Shown here in pieces: positions 1 through 12,700 of a stretch of DNA of 64,000 nt (its first letter is position 1; every line of letters begins with the position of its first letter). A program made the translations under genes and the position numbers. The notes under the pieces were generated by a model. The model was not told the DNA's origin. It made no database searches and saw only the letters and a list, made by a program, of their open reading frames with translations. The DNA comes from Amoebophrya sp. A120 (Eukaryota; Protista; Dinoflagellata). The stretch lies in contig CAJINV010000003.1 in assembly GCA_905178155.1 (NCBI GenBank), positions 7,125,612-7,189,611 on the forward strand. The letters run 5' to 3'.

Positions 1-312
1 ACCTCCCACCTGATATGTCTCCCCTCGGTCCTGCACCCGATCCTCCTGCACACCGGCGGAGGTACTGGAACCTTTAGAAGGAAACGGTAACTCCTCGTTA
101 TTTTCCTCGGAAGAGCACCCTGGGGCGGCGCGAGACGCAGCTACCAGACCGGCGCCGACAGCAGGAGCTGCCTTGAAGTTCACAAGCGCCTTTTTCAAAA
201 AGAATGGACGATCTTCTGCGTTGATGGACTCAACTACGAAATGCGGCAGGAATCGCATTGTGTTGGAACGGACAAGGAGTCCCAGAGAAGATGAGGCAAC
301 CCCAACCCTATT

Positions 313-1099
313 GTGTCTGCCCGAATGGTCCTCGCTAAGCGTATCCGCGTCCTCGACTTGAACGAAAGAAGAAGGCGGAACTTGAGCTTTGGCGCGCGTG
401 GCGATGTCGGCCGCTCCAGTTATTTCGAGAGTTGTCAAGGAACAAGAAGCGACGGCGCCGTGCCCTCCATGAGCCACGTCAGTACTCATCGCTTTGTCGC
501 GTGAAGATGACATCAAGCACGAGGCGTGCTCAAGGGCTGCTGTGTAGTAGGAGCTACGTATTCTTCTCTTCACTCGGTCCTCCGTCGACATTGCGGATGA
601 CCCAGCCCAGGATCCTGCTAAGTGATGCGCCGCGTGAAGATGCTTTGCAGCATCGCGGTAGTGTTTCTGTGCAACCATTGCTTGTGCCAGCCAGAGATGA
701 AGTCGGTACCTGTCACCGTCCATGCTAGCTTCGGGAAGGTTACGCAAAATATCCATCGCACGGCTCAAGGGGGCTACACATAATTCATACTTGCCGCTTT
801 CCAATAGCCTGCGTCCTTGCTGCACCTCGGGCAAGCCATCGCTCAAGAACGAAGACGTCGTCGACATCCGACGCAGTAGTACTGGCACTGTTGTAGCACC
901 TGGAGCGAAAAGTGAACTGCTGCGGCTGATCATGAGTGGCGGGGTGAAGCAAAGAAGCCGTCCCGCTGATAAAGTACATGAGCCCTTTTTTCTACCCGAG
1001 GACAGGAAATCACCCACGAGGGCAGCAGCTTTGGTAAAAACTGCTTCCCGAGTTGACGACGACGCAAAGAACCTCGCGACAAGTAGATGTCGCCGGTAG
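313..1099 (+). CDS. Possible 3' part of an unidentified Ser/Arg-rich protein gene
   Basis: Consecutive + strand ORFs (313-504, 722-1099) with coding-like composition, followed by AT-rich DNA. No recognisable domain. Confidence 0.25.
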
Positions 1100-2949
1100 T
1101 TTATTCGGGGTCGTGCTGCCTGTCCTATCTCCACCCATTCACTTCCGTGACAACGAACGTGTCGAGCCGCGACCTCAGCTCGTCGACTTGACATCACGAA
1201 ATCGCTTTCGCTTGTGCCAGTGCGCGTGATAAACCAGATGCACGATCAAGCTTAAATAAAAACGTTGATAATTAAACAAACGAAAATGGGTAAAACAAAA
1301 AGTGAAAAACCTGTTAGAATTTCACGGCGCGCCTCTCTTTTGATAAATCATGATGATTTTGATTAATGGACGCAATTCCAATGATAGTATACTCTTTGGC
1401 TTTGCCTGCGGAATGCTCAACTACAACGACCAAAGATGGCATCACAACAACTAGAACTACGTGGTGGTGGTCTACGCGTCGTCGTAAAACTTGACTAGTA
1501 ACAAACAGTTTGTTCGACGGCAATCGATGTGAAAAAACAATTGATCTCGAGCAAGTACTAAGATTATAATTTTCAGACATATATAATAGCTATGATAGGG
1601 ATCCTCGAGGTCATGGATGTTGATCCATTTCCATTTTCATTGAATAAAGGTCATAGGGAGCCGGGTTCGAAGGGCATCCCAGTGAAGACCTTCCGCCCGC
1701 CAGTTACATCAACCTAATTCGATTCTCAGAAGTTGTGGCACGCACCGTTGACATACTTGATCAGCTTCTACAACATCTCTTTCACCATAGCCGTCCACGC
1801 CGAAAACTGTGACCAAGATTTGACCTTCCGCTGACCGACATGTTTTGTACCCGATCTAGCCACACTGCCGCTCCCCCCGCTGCAGCAACTACCGGATTAT
1901 TTATCTTCTTCTTTACGCTTTCAATGTGCTAGCCTAGTACGTTTAATATCATGCTGGTGATGAAGTAGATCATTCAGTACCTACAAGCATGCTTTGCTGT
2001 GTTTCAAGAGGTGCCGCTTGATTTCGTCTGCGAGAGAAGTAGTACGCCGAGCACGAGCAGCAGATACACACTGCATCAGTCACTGGGCAAAGAAATTCCC
2101 AACAGCAACACTTGATTCGGTGCCGGGGGCAAACCCAAAGTTACACGCGCCCCGGGCCGTCGGAAGCTAGAAAATGAAAAAGAAACCATGTTGGCCGCTC
2201 ATGACCTCTGGTAAACTGAAAACGCTGCATTGGTGATTTTCACGATAAGTACTCTACTTGTACCTAGTTCTTTGCGTCCTCGTCGTTGTCGTCGTTCATT
2301 TTTTTCTTTTTTGCACAGCAACCTCGTGTGTCTTGGTTTCGACTCGGTCGTCTACTCGTCGAGAGACAACATGCAACCCAAACTTCAAAACTAACACAAC
2401 GCACATTCAGACACAGCACGTAGTCAAGGGCTACTTCCCAGCTGCAGCTGCAGCTCTCGTTGAAAAAATCATTATGGGGTATAAGGTAAAACCAAATCCA
2501 AAATCATCAATTATGCATTGAATCATAAGAGGAAGCCGAGGACTAGGAAGATTTGGCCATGACCAATGAATTAACAACAAGACTGAACACGTGATACAGA
2601 TCGATACACACGAGCGAAACATAAAAGTGGGAAACAGGTACTCATCCTGGGCCTCATGGTCACTCTGGCGTAGTAGTAAAAAGTTGCAGCCGCTTTCTAC
2701 GACGAATGGCGAATTGGAAGGAAGATCTTGTCATCATCTTGTTCTTCTTCTTGTCGCCTTCGTCTACGAAACACGTCGGCACGCCAGCAACACTACAAGT
2801 ACAACTGTCAGTAAAGTCATTTTATCCAGACCGCGTTCATACTTCCACGACGATGATCAATCTGACGTAGGAGTGGTCGTGCTAGTTCTGCGTGGTGGTC
2901 ACAGAACTTTTCAAGTACTGCTCACAACATATGCCAGCATTTCTTATCC

Positions 2950-5900
2950 TTAGCAAGACAGCAGAGGTGACGTGAGCCCGGAAGATGTGGAGGATTTACT
3001 GCTCCCCATTTTATTAGTCCCCGGACTGGACCCTGACCCGGCGCCTGCGGTGTTGCTCTTGCTGCTGGCGGCGGTGAAATAATAAGAGAAGTAGAGTATC
3101 GCTCCAAACAGGCAGCCATCCTGTACAAAAGCATCCCGCACCTGGTGTACATACTTGCACTCGGCTCGGGGCCACCAAAGAAGCTGAGCGTGAAGGTGAA
3201 CATATAAAAGTAGGCTCATGATATGCCCTCTCCTGCCCCCCGGCCTTACTGTTTGGTATGCTCGCACTCAGTTGGTGCGGCGGTACAGTGTATAAATATA
3301 TCTCTGTGCAGCTAGTGCATACTACTCAAAACGGATGCAATATTTGCTTCGCGACTCGCAACCTCCCCGCGCCAGTGCCTGCCCTTGCGCCATAGAAAAT
3401 GAGAGCTTGAGCCTGTCGTTCAAGCTTTTCAAAAGAATGAGAGCTTGAGCTTTGTCGTTCAAGCTCTCAATCTCCTGAAAAACTTGCTCGTCCTTGTGCA
3501 GGTTTGCTTCATGAAAATATTGCTACGCGAATACAGATGTTCCTACTCATACGATGTCAAAAATGCGGATGCTGTTGCAATGTATAGCACCAAAGTCCAA
3601 GTCCGTTCTGCGCCGATTCGCCGAGACTGCGCATCACGCACAACTTCATGCTATGGAAAATTATCCTCACGCGCACCCTCGAACTCAATCTCATTCGGTA
3701 AAAACATGAATATTAAAAAATTGAGCGCGACGAGGGCAATTTTCCGCAGCATGGAGTTCGCCATCAGGCCAATCAGCGTTACCCACGGGAAGAATATCCC
3801 AAAAGTATCTGGCTCCTTCTGTGGTGCGAGGGCACCTTCATGCCATGCGGGACTTCTTCTATCGCCGCAGATTTCCTTTTGCTGCGCCATTGTCCCTGAA
3901 TGCGGAGGCAGGGCCGCAGTGGTCGGCACTAACAGATGCGGGGACAACGTGCTAGAGCTAGACGTGGAGCCTCTTCTAGTCTCGTCAGGTGTCTTGGGTT
4001 GGAGTGTGTCGCTTGCGTTTTTGTTCTTTATCGTCTGATCGAGCTTGTCCTTTTCTGCAACGAGAACAGGGCACACTTGCTCAAACAGAGACATCTGAGG
4101 CTGGGTCCGCTTCAGATAGATGCCACAGACGACCACTAGCAGGCTCAAGGCCCCAGCCAGTAGAAACTCTTCCGCGGCAATTGTAAAGCTGGCGCCAGCA
4201 GCACCAACTGCCGCAACTGCAGCGTCCTGGGAGGGAAGATATTCATCTGCGGTTGTAGACGGAGTAGCTGCAGGATCATTATTCCTTGAAGAAAACAAAG
4301 CCGCCGGTAGTGCGAAAGGCACTGCCACTGCCCCGGCGACAAGCAGTGAGAGTGCCACTACGCAGTTTTGAGAGCCGAGCTCTTCCAGTTTCTGTATCAG
4401 TGCTTCCTCGAGCGGAGAGCTCCTGCTGGAAAATGTTGACGGCGGGCGTTCTTGACCACATTCCTTTACCTTTGCAGAGAGAGGTCGAGTTGACGACGAT
4501 GGCGACGAGTCGTGGTGGTCGTCTACCGGTTCACTGATCATCCGGGCCGGCGCTTTCGACGTTGTTCCACCATGCCTGAAATACTCGCTGCGAACCCCGC
4601 ACCAACGGGCCACGAGGAGCGCGACGTTGAGGAGCGAGTAGGCAACGAGCATCCCGGCAGAACAGACGTCGGCAAGGAGATTCACCTCGAAGAGGCCCGC
4701 CGCCAGCAACGCGATAAGGCCCGAAGCCAGCGTGCCCGCGACGGGCAGGTGTGTGTCGTGATCGACTGTCGCGAGTGAGGCGGGCAGCAGGTGATCAGCC
4801 GCCACGTGCATCCACAGCCGGGGCTGCACCAGGATCCCACAAAAAGTCGTCGCTATCGTGTTGGTCATCGCCGCCAGCGTAATCACCGGATAAAAAGCGT
4901 ACAGCTTGTGGGCCAGAAACGCGTCCGACAGCGGGGCGCTTGTCGAAATCTCGGAGATCGCCTGCATGCCAGCCAACGTCAGGCCGACCAATGCATACAG
5001 GACGCACACCAACGCCAGGCCGAGGAAAAGTGCCAACGGAGCTGTATGACTAGAGAAAGCCTTGTCTGATGTTCAGGCAGGCTGCGCAACACAGATGATG
5101 ACTACGCCAGGACTCGGCTCTTGGCGTATTTGCCGCATATCACTGTCATTGACCAGGAGCACGACAAGCATTTTTACCCCCACGACAAACAGGTCGCGAC
5201 TTTTCAAAACATCAAGTATTGCGATCTGCATCTGCTGCACAGATATTCGACACAACCTGTGACTTCGAGTCGGCGGCAAGGATTTAATGCGGGGCTCGGC
5301 GACGCGATTATCTACTTCTACAAATCCATACTTTTCAACGCCAGCTCTCAAAAACTCGAATGCTAGCCCTAACTCTAACTCTACCCTATCTGCTGGAACT
5401 AATTGAAATTCTGTCTGCCGCACGCCTGGTTGTGATGTATCTATGCATCATCTGTGATTTTACACAAAAAGGTCCTCGACACAAGAGCTGCAAACAGGAT
5501 AGATAGTGCGCGAGGCGTCCTGAGCTTCCTGCGAAAGAAGGCACACCGAATCGAACCCGATGAAGGAGTAGTACACCTGGCCCGTGGCGGTGAGAACGTT
5601 TCCCAAGCTAGTTGCGGCCACCTCGTCGTGGAGACGCTCGTAGTCAGAGACGCACAGTATGGAAGCGTCAGGTTTGAAATCGACAAAGTTGAAATGGTTT
5701 GTCATGCTAAACCGACCGAAACCACTACACAACCTGTAAGGGCACCTCACCGCAGATGGTTCGGCCACCAGGTCGTGGAGTCAGGCGGACCGAAGCCATC
5801 ACCATCATCCTCGGGCACATGAAGATCCTACCCACGCCAACTTTTCCTTACTTTCGCAAACAGTCCTCACTTCGCCAACATGCGTTTAACGTTCGCCAAC

Positions 5901-8900
5901 GATCCTTACATTGCGCCAAACCATGAAATGATTTGTCATGCATAAAATGCAAGGCATGCATTGCCTCTCTTGCCGGGATGGCACGTGAGGCAGATTGTAA
6001 GCCTGTTGAGAGGTAGAAACGGAGCTGCCAAAGTAGCATGACAAAAAGCGTCGCCCTTACCCAAACAGCATGACAAACTGGATTTCGGTTCTACCTAAAT
6101 TTGTCATGCGCCACTTGGAAACTGGGTTACAACTGGCATCCATTTTATGCATGACAAATCATTTCAACTTTGACGATTTCGATCCTGACAGTTCCATACA
6201 CAGGCCGAGCAGAATAAACAGCGCCATGAGCCCCATATTCGCATAGACGAGCAGACGATTGAAGTCCCTGCGTTGTAGTTTATGGCCATACTAACTGCAT
6301 CTTCTCAAAGTGAATAAAAAAATTTCAGGGTCCACGAGTGTCGATCTCACCGCGGGCAGGCTTGTTTATGTGTGAGTTGTTTCTAACGCTCGCGCCTGTT
6401 TTTCCATCCTTCAGATAGCTAGTTAAGGAGGCGCCCTCACTCCAGAACTCCCGATGTCGTGGCCCACGGATTCGTTTTATTTTTGAATCTTTGGACCTGA
6501 CGACTTGGCTTTCGAGGTAATCGCGCCCCCCAAGAAAGGCCGAGCGGCCTCCAGCCTCTCCTTGCCCTTCCAGTGTGGGACGGAGTTGGAAGGGGAGATC
6601 CCCAAGCCTTCGATGTGGCAGAAGATGTTGGAGACCCGGCCCTGGGTCACATCCACGACGGCGCTGCGCTTTTTGCCCCGCACCTCCCGTGCAGCCTCCT
6701 TGAAAGATTATGTGTGGCCGACCCAGTGGCCACACTGCTTGTTTCACTTCATCGACCCGTCGTCGTTGGAAGCATCAACGCCCCCGGCACCCCCTTCAAG
6801 TTTTGCCCGTTCCAAACCTACCAGGTGCTTGCGCCTGCACATTGCCCTCCCGTTTTTTGCATGGCAAGCGGGCGCAACACCCAACGGGCCAAGCTTCCGG
6901 AGCGCAACCACATGCAACACAGCTCCACTGCACGAAGCCGGTGGCCGGCAGCCCCATTGGTAGGCATTGCTGCCGTTGTGTTTGGTGGGTAAAGCTTTCG
7001 AGGCCAGGGCCGTTTTTGCAGTGATACTGCAAAAACGAACTGGAAGGGGCGGGCGCGCTGGTAAAGCTGTAAACCAGGGGCAGGCCCCGGCGGCGTGCGC
7101 CTTCTCCTGTCTACCTCTAGGGCTGGTAGGCTGTTGGGCCTCTGCCAACTTCGCCCGAGAGCAGGCCGGGATGCCGGGGGCCTCAAAGGAAATACGGGCC
7201 GAGGGCTTCCGGTCCCGAAAGTTTTCTCTTCTGCGGGACCCTTTCTGAGGACCCTCCGGGAGGGGTAGCCAAAAACGCTACTTTTGGAAGCTTCCCCCGA
7301 TGCTACGAGGGTTCCGGAAAAAACCCCTTTTAGGGGTCCCGCGGGTGCGTGTTTGTTCCAAGAATCCCAAGAACCCCCGGGGGGCCCGGGGCCGGAACTT
7401 TTAGAAAAGCGGCGCCGCTGGTTCGGCTTTTTGGCGCACCGCGCCGGCACTAGCCTGCCCGCCCCCTCAGAACTTAACTGGCCACGCGGAATGCGATATC
7501 GCCGGCAGGGACTGGCGCTTGCTGATAGGGGGCTCGCACAGAGGTGCGCCCGCGGTGGGTTTTTTGCGAGGGCTTTCACAAGGTGGGGCAAGTTGGTTCC
7601 TTCCGGAAATTTGGCTTCGGCCGTGGCCTTGAAACAGCGCCATGAGCCCCATATTCGCATAGACGAGCAGACGATTGAAGTCCCTGCGTTGTAGTTTCGG
7701 AAATATTTATTGCGTCGGCGGAGGTCTACTTGATGCAGTGAGATCGGATCCTCCTGATGTAGTTCTTTGGCCCAATATAAATCCCTGCGCCTGCGCTTTA
7801 GCTTTTGCTAATTTTCGATTTGCTGAATTGAAGCGACCAAATCCAAAGCGACGGGCCTTATAATCACTGTTCGGCAGCAGCACCACCAAAAGTTGTAGAC
7901 TCTGCCTTTATTATCGTCATTAGTTCAGATTCGCAAGTTCGGGCGGGGTAGTGCGCCGAATGATAAGCCTGCATCGACGCCCCCCCCACGTGGCGGCATC
8001 GTATATCAATCAATCGTATCTATACTTATACATGTGATAAAAATGGGCAGAGCCATATATTAGTAGTGTAGCGAGCGCCTTCATTTTTGCTTTTTTAACT
8101 TTTGCTTTCTCGACACCATGAAAAATGGCTGCGCTGTTATTTTCTTGGGATGAGAATACCAAAAGTATGAAAACGTCTGAAATACGCTGACTCTCGGGCA
8201 CCGCGAAGCTGAAGCCAGGTGAGAATCAAAACCAGAAGCGGCGCAAAGAGGTTCACACTCACCAGGTCGTCGAAAATTGGAAAATCCGCTAGAAGCCACC
8301 ACGATCCGCCAAACACGGTCTCCAGCAGAGATCGAAAATACCCAGCGCGGGCTATCGCGAAAAAAAATCATACCTATCTGCTTCCTGTATCAAACAAGAA
8401 AGGGGCGGGGTGCCTCTACTTGTCGAGCTGCGATGTGGTCTGTGTACTATAACACATCCACATGACATTGTAGTAGGTTATCTTGCAAGGAGGTAAAGAG
8501 ATGAGACAGCTCGTCCGGCGTCCTAATTTTGCACGGAGTTGGCTGCAAGCAAGGCATGCAAGGCAAATTATGTCATTATATTGTGGCAGCTGAGTCAGCC
8601 TGCTCGGTCGTGCATCCCCAAAGATAAAGCGTCATTAGTGAATTTTTGGTGCTTTATATATAGTGACGACAGGTTTGTATTATAATTTTTTCGCTTCCCT
8701 ACAGGCCCGCGCGCCTATCCCAGCTCCAATGCAGCAGGACAGTGAAAGCAGGTGCGCCACCAAAAACGCCGGGAACTCCCCGAGAGTGCAATACGTGTAG
8801 GGGGTATACTATGCAACGCGATCGCTCGTCCTACCCCTGCAGTGTAAGTGTCTACTTGAAGAACAAAAGAAACTGTGCGCTGTTTATTTTCGTTTTACAT

Positions 8901-9790
8901 TCTTTGAGAGAAATGATCCACCACCATGTCATCTGCGCAAAGAAATAAGCTGACAGCTTCTCGAAGCCTTGTCTCGCAAGAGCCACGTAGCGCTATGAAA
9001 CTAAACAGCTACGCATGGCGGCAAGGCTGACCACCAGAACTCCCGTTCTTTACGTTCCTGAGTGCGAGCACGACTCGACAACTAGGTTGTTCACCGCATA
9101 CGCATACGCAGATCCAGATGTCGGGATGCTCCGTGAAAATTCCGCGTAGGCCAGACCAGAGAACGAACACAGCAGCATGGCGAGGAAGAAGCTCCCAACC
9201 ACCGGAACACCGCCAGCGTTGATGGTAGCCGATCCAACGACGACAAACACGCCCGCACCCACCATGTTGCTGATGGAGTAGGCCACCAGATCGACCAGGG
9301 ACAAACAACTGTCCAGCGGTATGAAAGCACCAGTTAGGTTTTCCACAGCATGGACATGGATCTCAATTCGCTTGGGAATGTCGAGAGCTGCGGCGCTCTT
9401 AGTCAAGTTCTCGTCATTCTGAGCGAGGGAGGATAATGCACCATGCTCATGGAATTATAAACGATTTCGTTTATTCCATGAGCATAGTGCTACGTTAAAC
9501 GTGAATCTAAATGATAAACTCTTTATTAGTTTTTTGTGTGGGCATGCTGAGAAAAAAAATCACGGACCGACAGCTACAAAGGCCATAAACAGGCAGCGAC
9601 TGAGCGTTGTGCTGTGTCCTGTAGTGACAGTGAGTAACAATGTGAATGCTCTCACGGCCGCCACTGTCGGAGGCGCGAAAATGATTCCGTCTGCCTTTGT
9701 CCATTGAACCTGAAACCCAACTGACACCGGCATACGCGAGTCTTCCTGATGCTCCCGCAAGTAGTGCTCCACGCGTTTGCGACGAAACAT
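2950..9790 (-). CDS. APC-superfamily cationic amino-acid transporter-like permease, multi-exon (start approximate)
   Basis: Exon fragments match CAT/APC motifs in order: DLVAYSISNMVGAGVFV, YAEFSRSIPTSGSAYAY, IGAGIGARAC, SRDFNRLLVYANMGL, YYSFIGFDSVCLLSQEAQDASRT, QPRLWMHVAADHLLP, LLADVCSAGMLVAYSLLN, and C-terminal GAILYFSY. Confidence 0.9.
3398..3470. repeat. Two tandem ~38-bp units, each a hairpin (GAGAGCTTGA...TCAAGCTYTC)
   Basis: Direct reading of the sequence. Confidence 0.8.
5045..5501. mobile_element. Degenerate TAT...ATA introner-like intron in the permease
   Basis: Has TAT/ATA ends. Removing it plus 5 nt gives SRT(I/T)PLALF in frame, but TIR and TSD are heavily diverged. Confidence 0.5.
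5658..6198. mobile_element. TAT...ATA introner, ~50-bp TIR, TSD CACAG
   Basis: TIR TATGGAA..GTCAGG..GAAATCG.CAAAGTTGAAATG.TTTGTCATGC. CACAG at 5653-5657 and 6199-6203. Excision gives LLGLC|VSDYERL in the permease. Extra internal copy of the subterminal segment at 5924-5949. Confidence 0.92.
6216..7697. mobile_element. 1.35-kb insertion (6282-7631) flanked by a perfect 66-bp direct repeat
   Basis: 6216-6281 is identical to 7632-7697. The repeat is permease sequence (intron end plus RDFNRLLVYANMGLMALF). Confidence 0.9.
9439..9490. repeat. Near-perfect ~52-bp palindrome/hairpin
   Basis: GCACCATGCTCATGGAATTATAAACG pairs with CGTTTATTCCATGAGCATAGTGC. Confidence 0.75.
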
Positions 9791-12700
9791 TCTGAAGCTT
9801 AACCCGCTTCTGTTTCGTCTTTGTGCAGTGGTATCAATCTCGATGCGAGGGCTTCCAGCAGGCTCCGGTAGAGTCAAAAGCTGCTACTAGTACTATTTAA
9901 AGGACTTTGGAGCATCAGCATCGATCCACACCAAGATCCCACACCGAATAAGTAATCGGCACTTGTTGCTTTTTCATTGTATTTTATCTTGTGCTTGCTT
10001 TGCGTCTTGTGCGAATATCTCTACTTCCTACTTACTTCGATCCCCGTAGCAGAAAGGATAGGCAGCTCTCTTCTGACTGGCGGGAGCAGACGCTGCAGCA
10101 TGGAATACTTTTCAACTTGTCCGGATTGACGCCAACTACTGCAAGAAGAACATTAAAAAAATTATATTTATACTCCATCTATGCGCTCTCGTTTGCTTTT
10201 TCGCGTTGCAACAACTCAACCAACACCGAGTCTGTGGCTGGAACTGGAGCTGTAACAAGTTGAGCTACTGCTCCAGCTCCTGATCTATTGGTACAGTGTG
10301 GCCTTCCTATTAACTCTCGCCTCCTACTACTCTCGATGTACTATTGGTCATATAGCTTAGCTGCAAGCTGGTGCAGCTGGACCACCCAGCGATATTAATT
10401 TGAATTAAGCCTTGTCGTGCTGGGGAGTGGTCCTTTTCAAAGTCGCAGAACAACGCGTTTTTGCTTCACAACTACGAGCGCGCCGCTTGTAGTTGGGTTG
10501 CCATTTCATTGTTCGCAAAGGCGAACTCCGACTTGGGCATCATAAAAACAGCCCTTTATGATTCAGATTCAGATTCTCGCTCTACTTCTTGTTTGATTAA
10601 AACTCAATAAGAAAATACAGAAAGTCAAAGTTTTATATTTTTGAACAGCCGACTTGCTCGCAGTTGTAAGTTTCGATGTTGAAGAGACACCAAGGAGTAT
10701 CCATGTGAAAAAACGCGGCCCACTCCCCAGGAAGCAAAGGAAATTTCCATTTTTGTATGAGTATGAAAAAGAGGCTTTTGCACCCACATTGCTATGTCTT
10801 TACTTAGGTCTTGGCCAGAAGGAGAAACCAGACCAGCACTTTGGCATTGCCATCCCCAGCATCGGCTTCGCCATCATGATGGCAAGACAAAGAGATGGCC
10901 CAGCCGAGGGATAGATTTGCGTTTGTGCTGCCCAGACTGGAGAGAGAAATGCGACAAGGTAGAAGTAGCACCATGACAAATGCAAATGGTCTGCGAATAA
11001 GCAGCTACCCCAGGAGCAGTTTCTCGGCCGTGCTCCCTAAAACAAAAACTAGCCTTGTTTTTTTTGCTGCAAAATTTGCGATCATCAAGTATGCGAACCT
11101 GACAAAAGAAATTTCCTTTGACGGGCATGAGGGGGCGTGTTAAGATTTTTCCCTCTGATACAGAGAGGCGAAGCGCTAGTCTATTCCGCGATCACGGAAA
11201 AAAATATGAAATGAGACGGTATAAGACTACTTAGTAAGCTATGGTGTGGAAAAATGTACCCGCCAGTCCCCATTTTTGATAGTTGTCATCAATCATTCTG
11301 CTTTTATTTTCAGCATTCGCAAACTATGTTGAAAATATAGCCAATGGGAATTCTGTTTGCGCCAAGAGCGCATTTTAGTTTGACACTCGACATAAAAACA
11401 TCTCCAACCCGCGATGATGCAATCTTAATAAATTGCTGACGTTTATTCCATCTTCATGACCGACGCAAAACTACAAAATCAATATGGGAACCGGCAAGGC
11501 ACGCATTTCAATCGGCTAGCTCAAAACCTTCTTCTTCTCCTCAGACGCCAATCTACCAGCCTTCATCTCTACCTTGGCTTTCCAGCAATCAAAAAACAAC
11601 TACATCAGTTGTCTTCCTGTTCCTATCACGAGTAAAAATTATGCCCCAGCCTGCATATTCGGTGACCTCACTACATACAACTTAGCAAGCATCTGCACGA
11701 CACGCATGCGGTCGTCGTATGGGTATGGGTACGATGCGGGTTGCCACGTGCTTGGTTTGCGTACGTTGTCAAGCAGGAACACGAAACATCTCCGACTGTT
11801 TTCATATGGAACCAGAGTCAACAAGCTGTTTCCCCTCGGGAAAAAATCAAATCGAGTTCGAGATAGAGACAGCGTTCCATCATACATAGCACCAGGCAGA
11901 CGACAACAACACGTTCGATGCTTGCGTCACATGCAAAGACAAAGAGAGACGGGCAGGGGCATAAAATTCCACGGACGAGGATAGTTGACACAGCCCAGTT
12001 GTAGTGCCCAACGATCAAACTGCATCTATATATCATTTGGCGATCAAATCAGGTAGCAGAAGACCATGACCATCAGCATGGCCATCCTTCGATATGAGCA
12101 CCAGACGGACTGAAAATACATCAACAGCAAAGGAAGTAAGCCGAAAAAAGTACTTCAGGTTTACTCTACAGGGCTGCGGCGCCAAATATAGAAGGCAAGG
12201 CATTTATTGTTCGTCATAAATTACGTCTGTTCCGTCCAGGCCCCTTCGCGAAAATCCCATCCTCCTGGGCCAGCGGTATAAATTATGTCAAGAAGGAGTT
12301 AGTACTAGTAGCCGTCGCACGAATTATTTTTTGGCTCCGCAAGGAAAATGCATTTGCATATCGATCTATGTCTTTTTCTTTTAATCTGCTCGCTGATTCT
12401 CAAAAAATGCACGAGAAATAATAGCTTTGTGCTGCGTGTTCGGATTCTGCTGCTCCTTGGAAGCAGAGATCTCCTATAATCGCCCGTAATTTATTTGATG
12501 GTGGACATCGACATTCAGAATCAGACCGCGAACTTGATGCAAAGCCCGGCCCTGACAACGATGAAACAGCGCGTCGCTAACAAATACCAATACGCAAAAA
12601 ACAAAAAGAAAAAGACGATAGCGGGCTCAACAAGTTGTATAAATCTAGATTATTCATCCTATACGAAGAGCAGAATGAAAGGCAATGGAACTAAAACGAG

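Noticed and set aside
1650-1850. B9-domain-like peptide QILVTVFGVDGYGERDVV on the minus strand
   Set aside because: Resemblance is too short, and flanking conserved residues and a consistent exon structure could not be established.
6287-6310. TACTAAC branch point at the edge of the 66-bp-repeat insertion
   Set aside because: It lies on the plus strand, antisense to the host gene.
6325-7694. ORFs inside the long-TSD insertions (also 26415-27757 and 35994-36965) as element-encoded enzymes
   Set aside because: GC-rich, open on both strands, with no RT, DDE, HUH or recombinase motifs visible.
12325-12345. Dinoflagellate spliced-leader relic (TTTTGGCTC)
   Set aside because: Only a 9-nt match, and the rest of the leader is absent.
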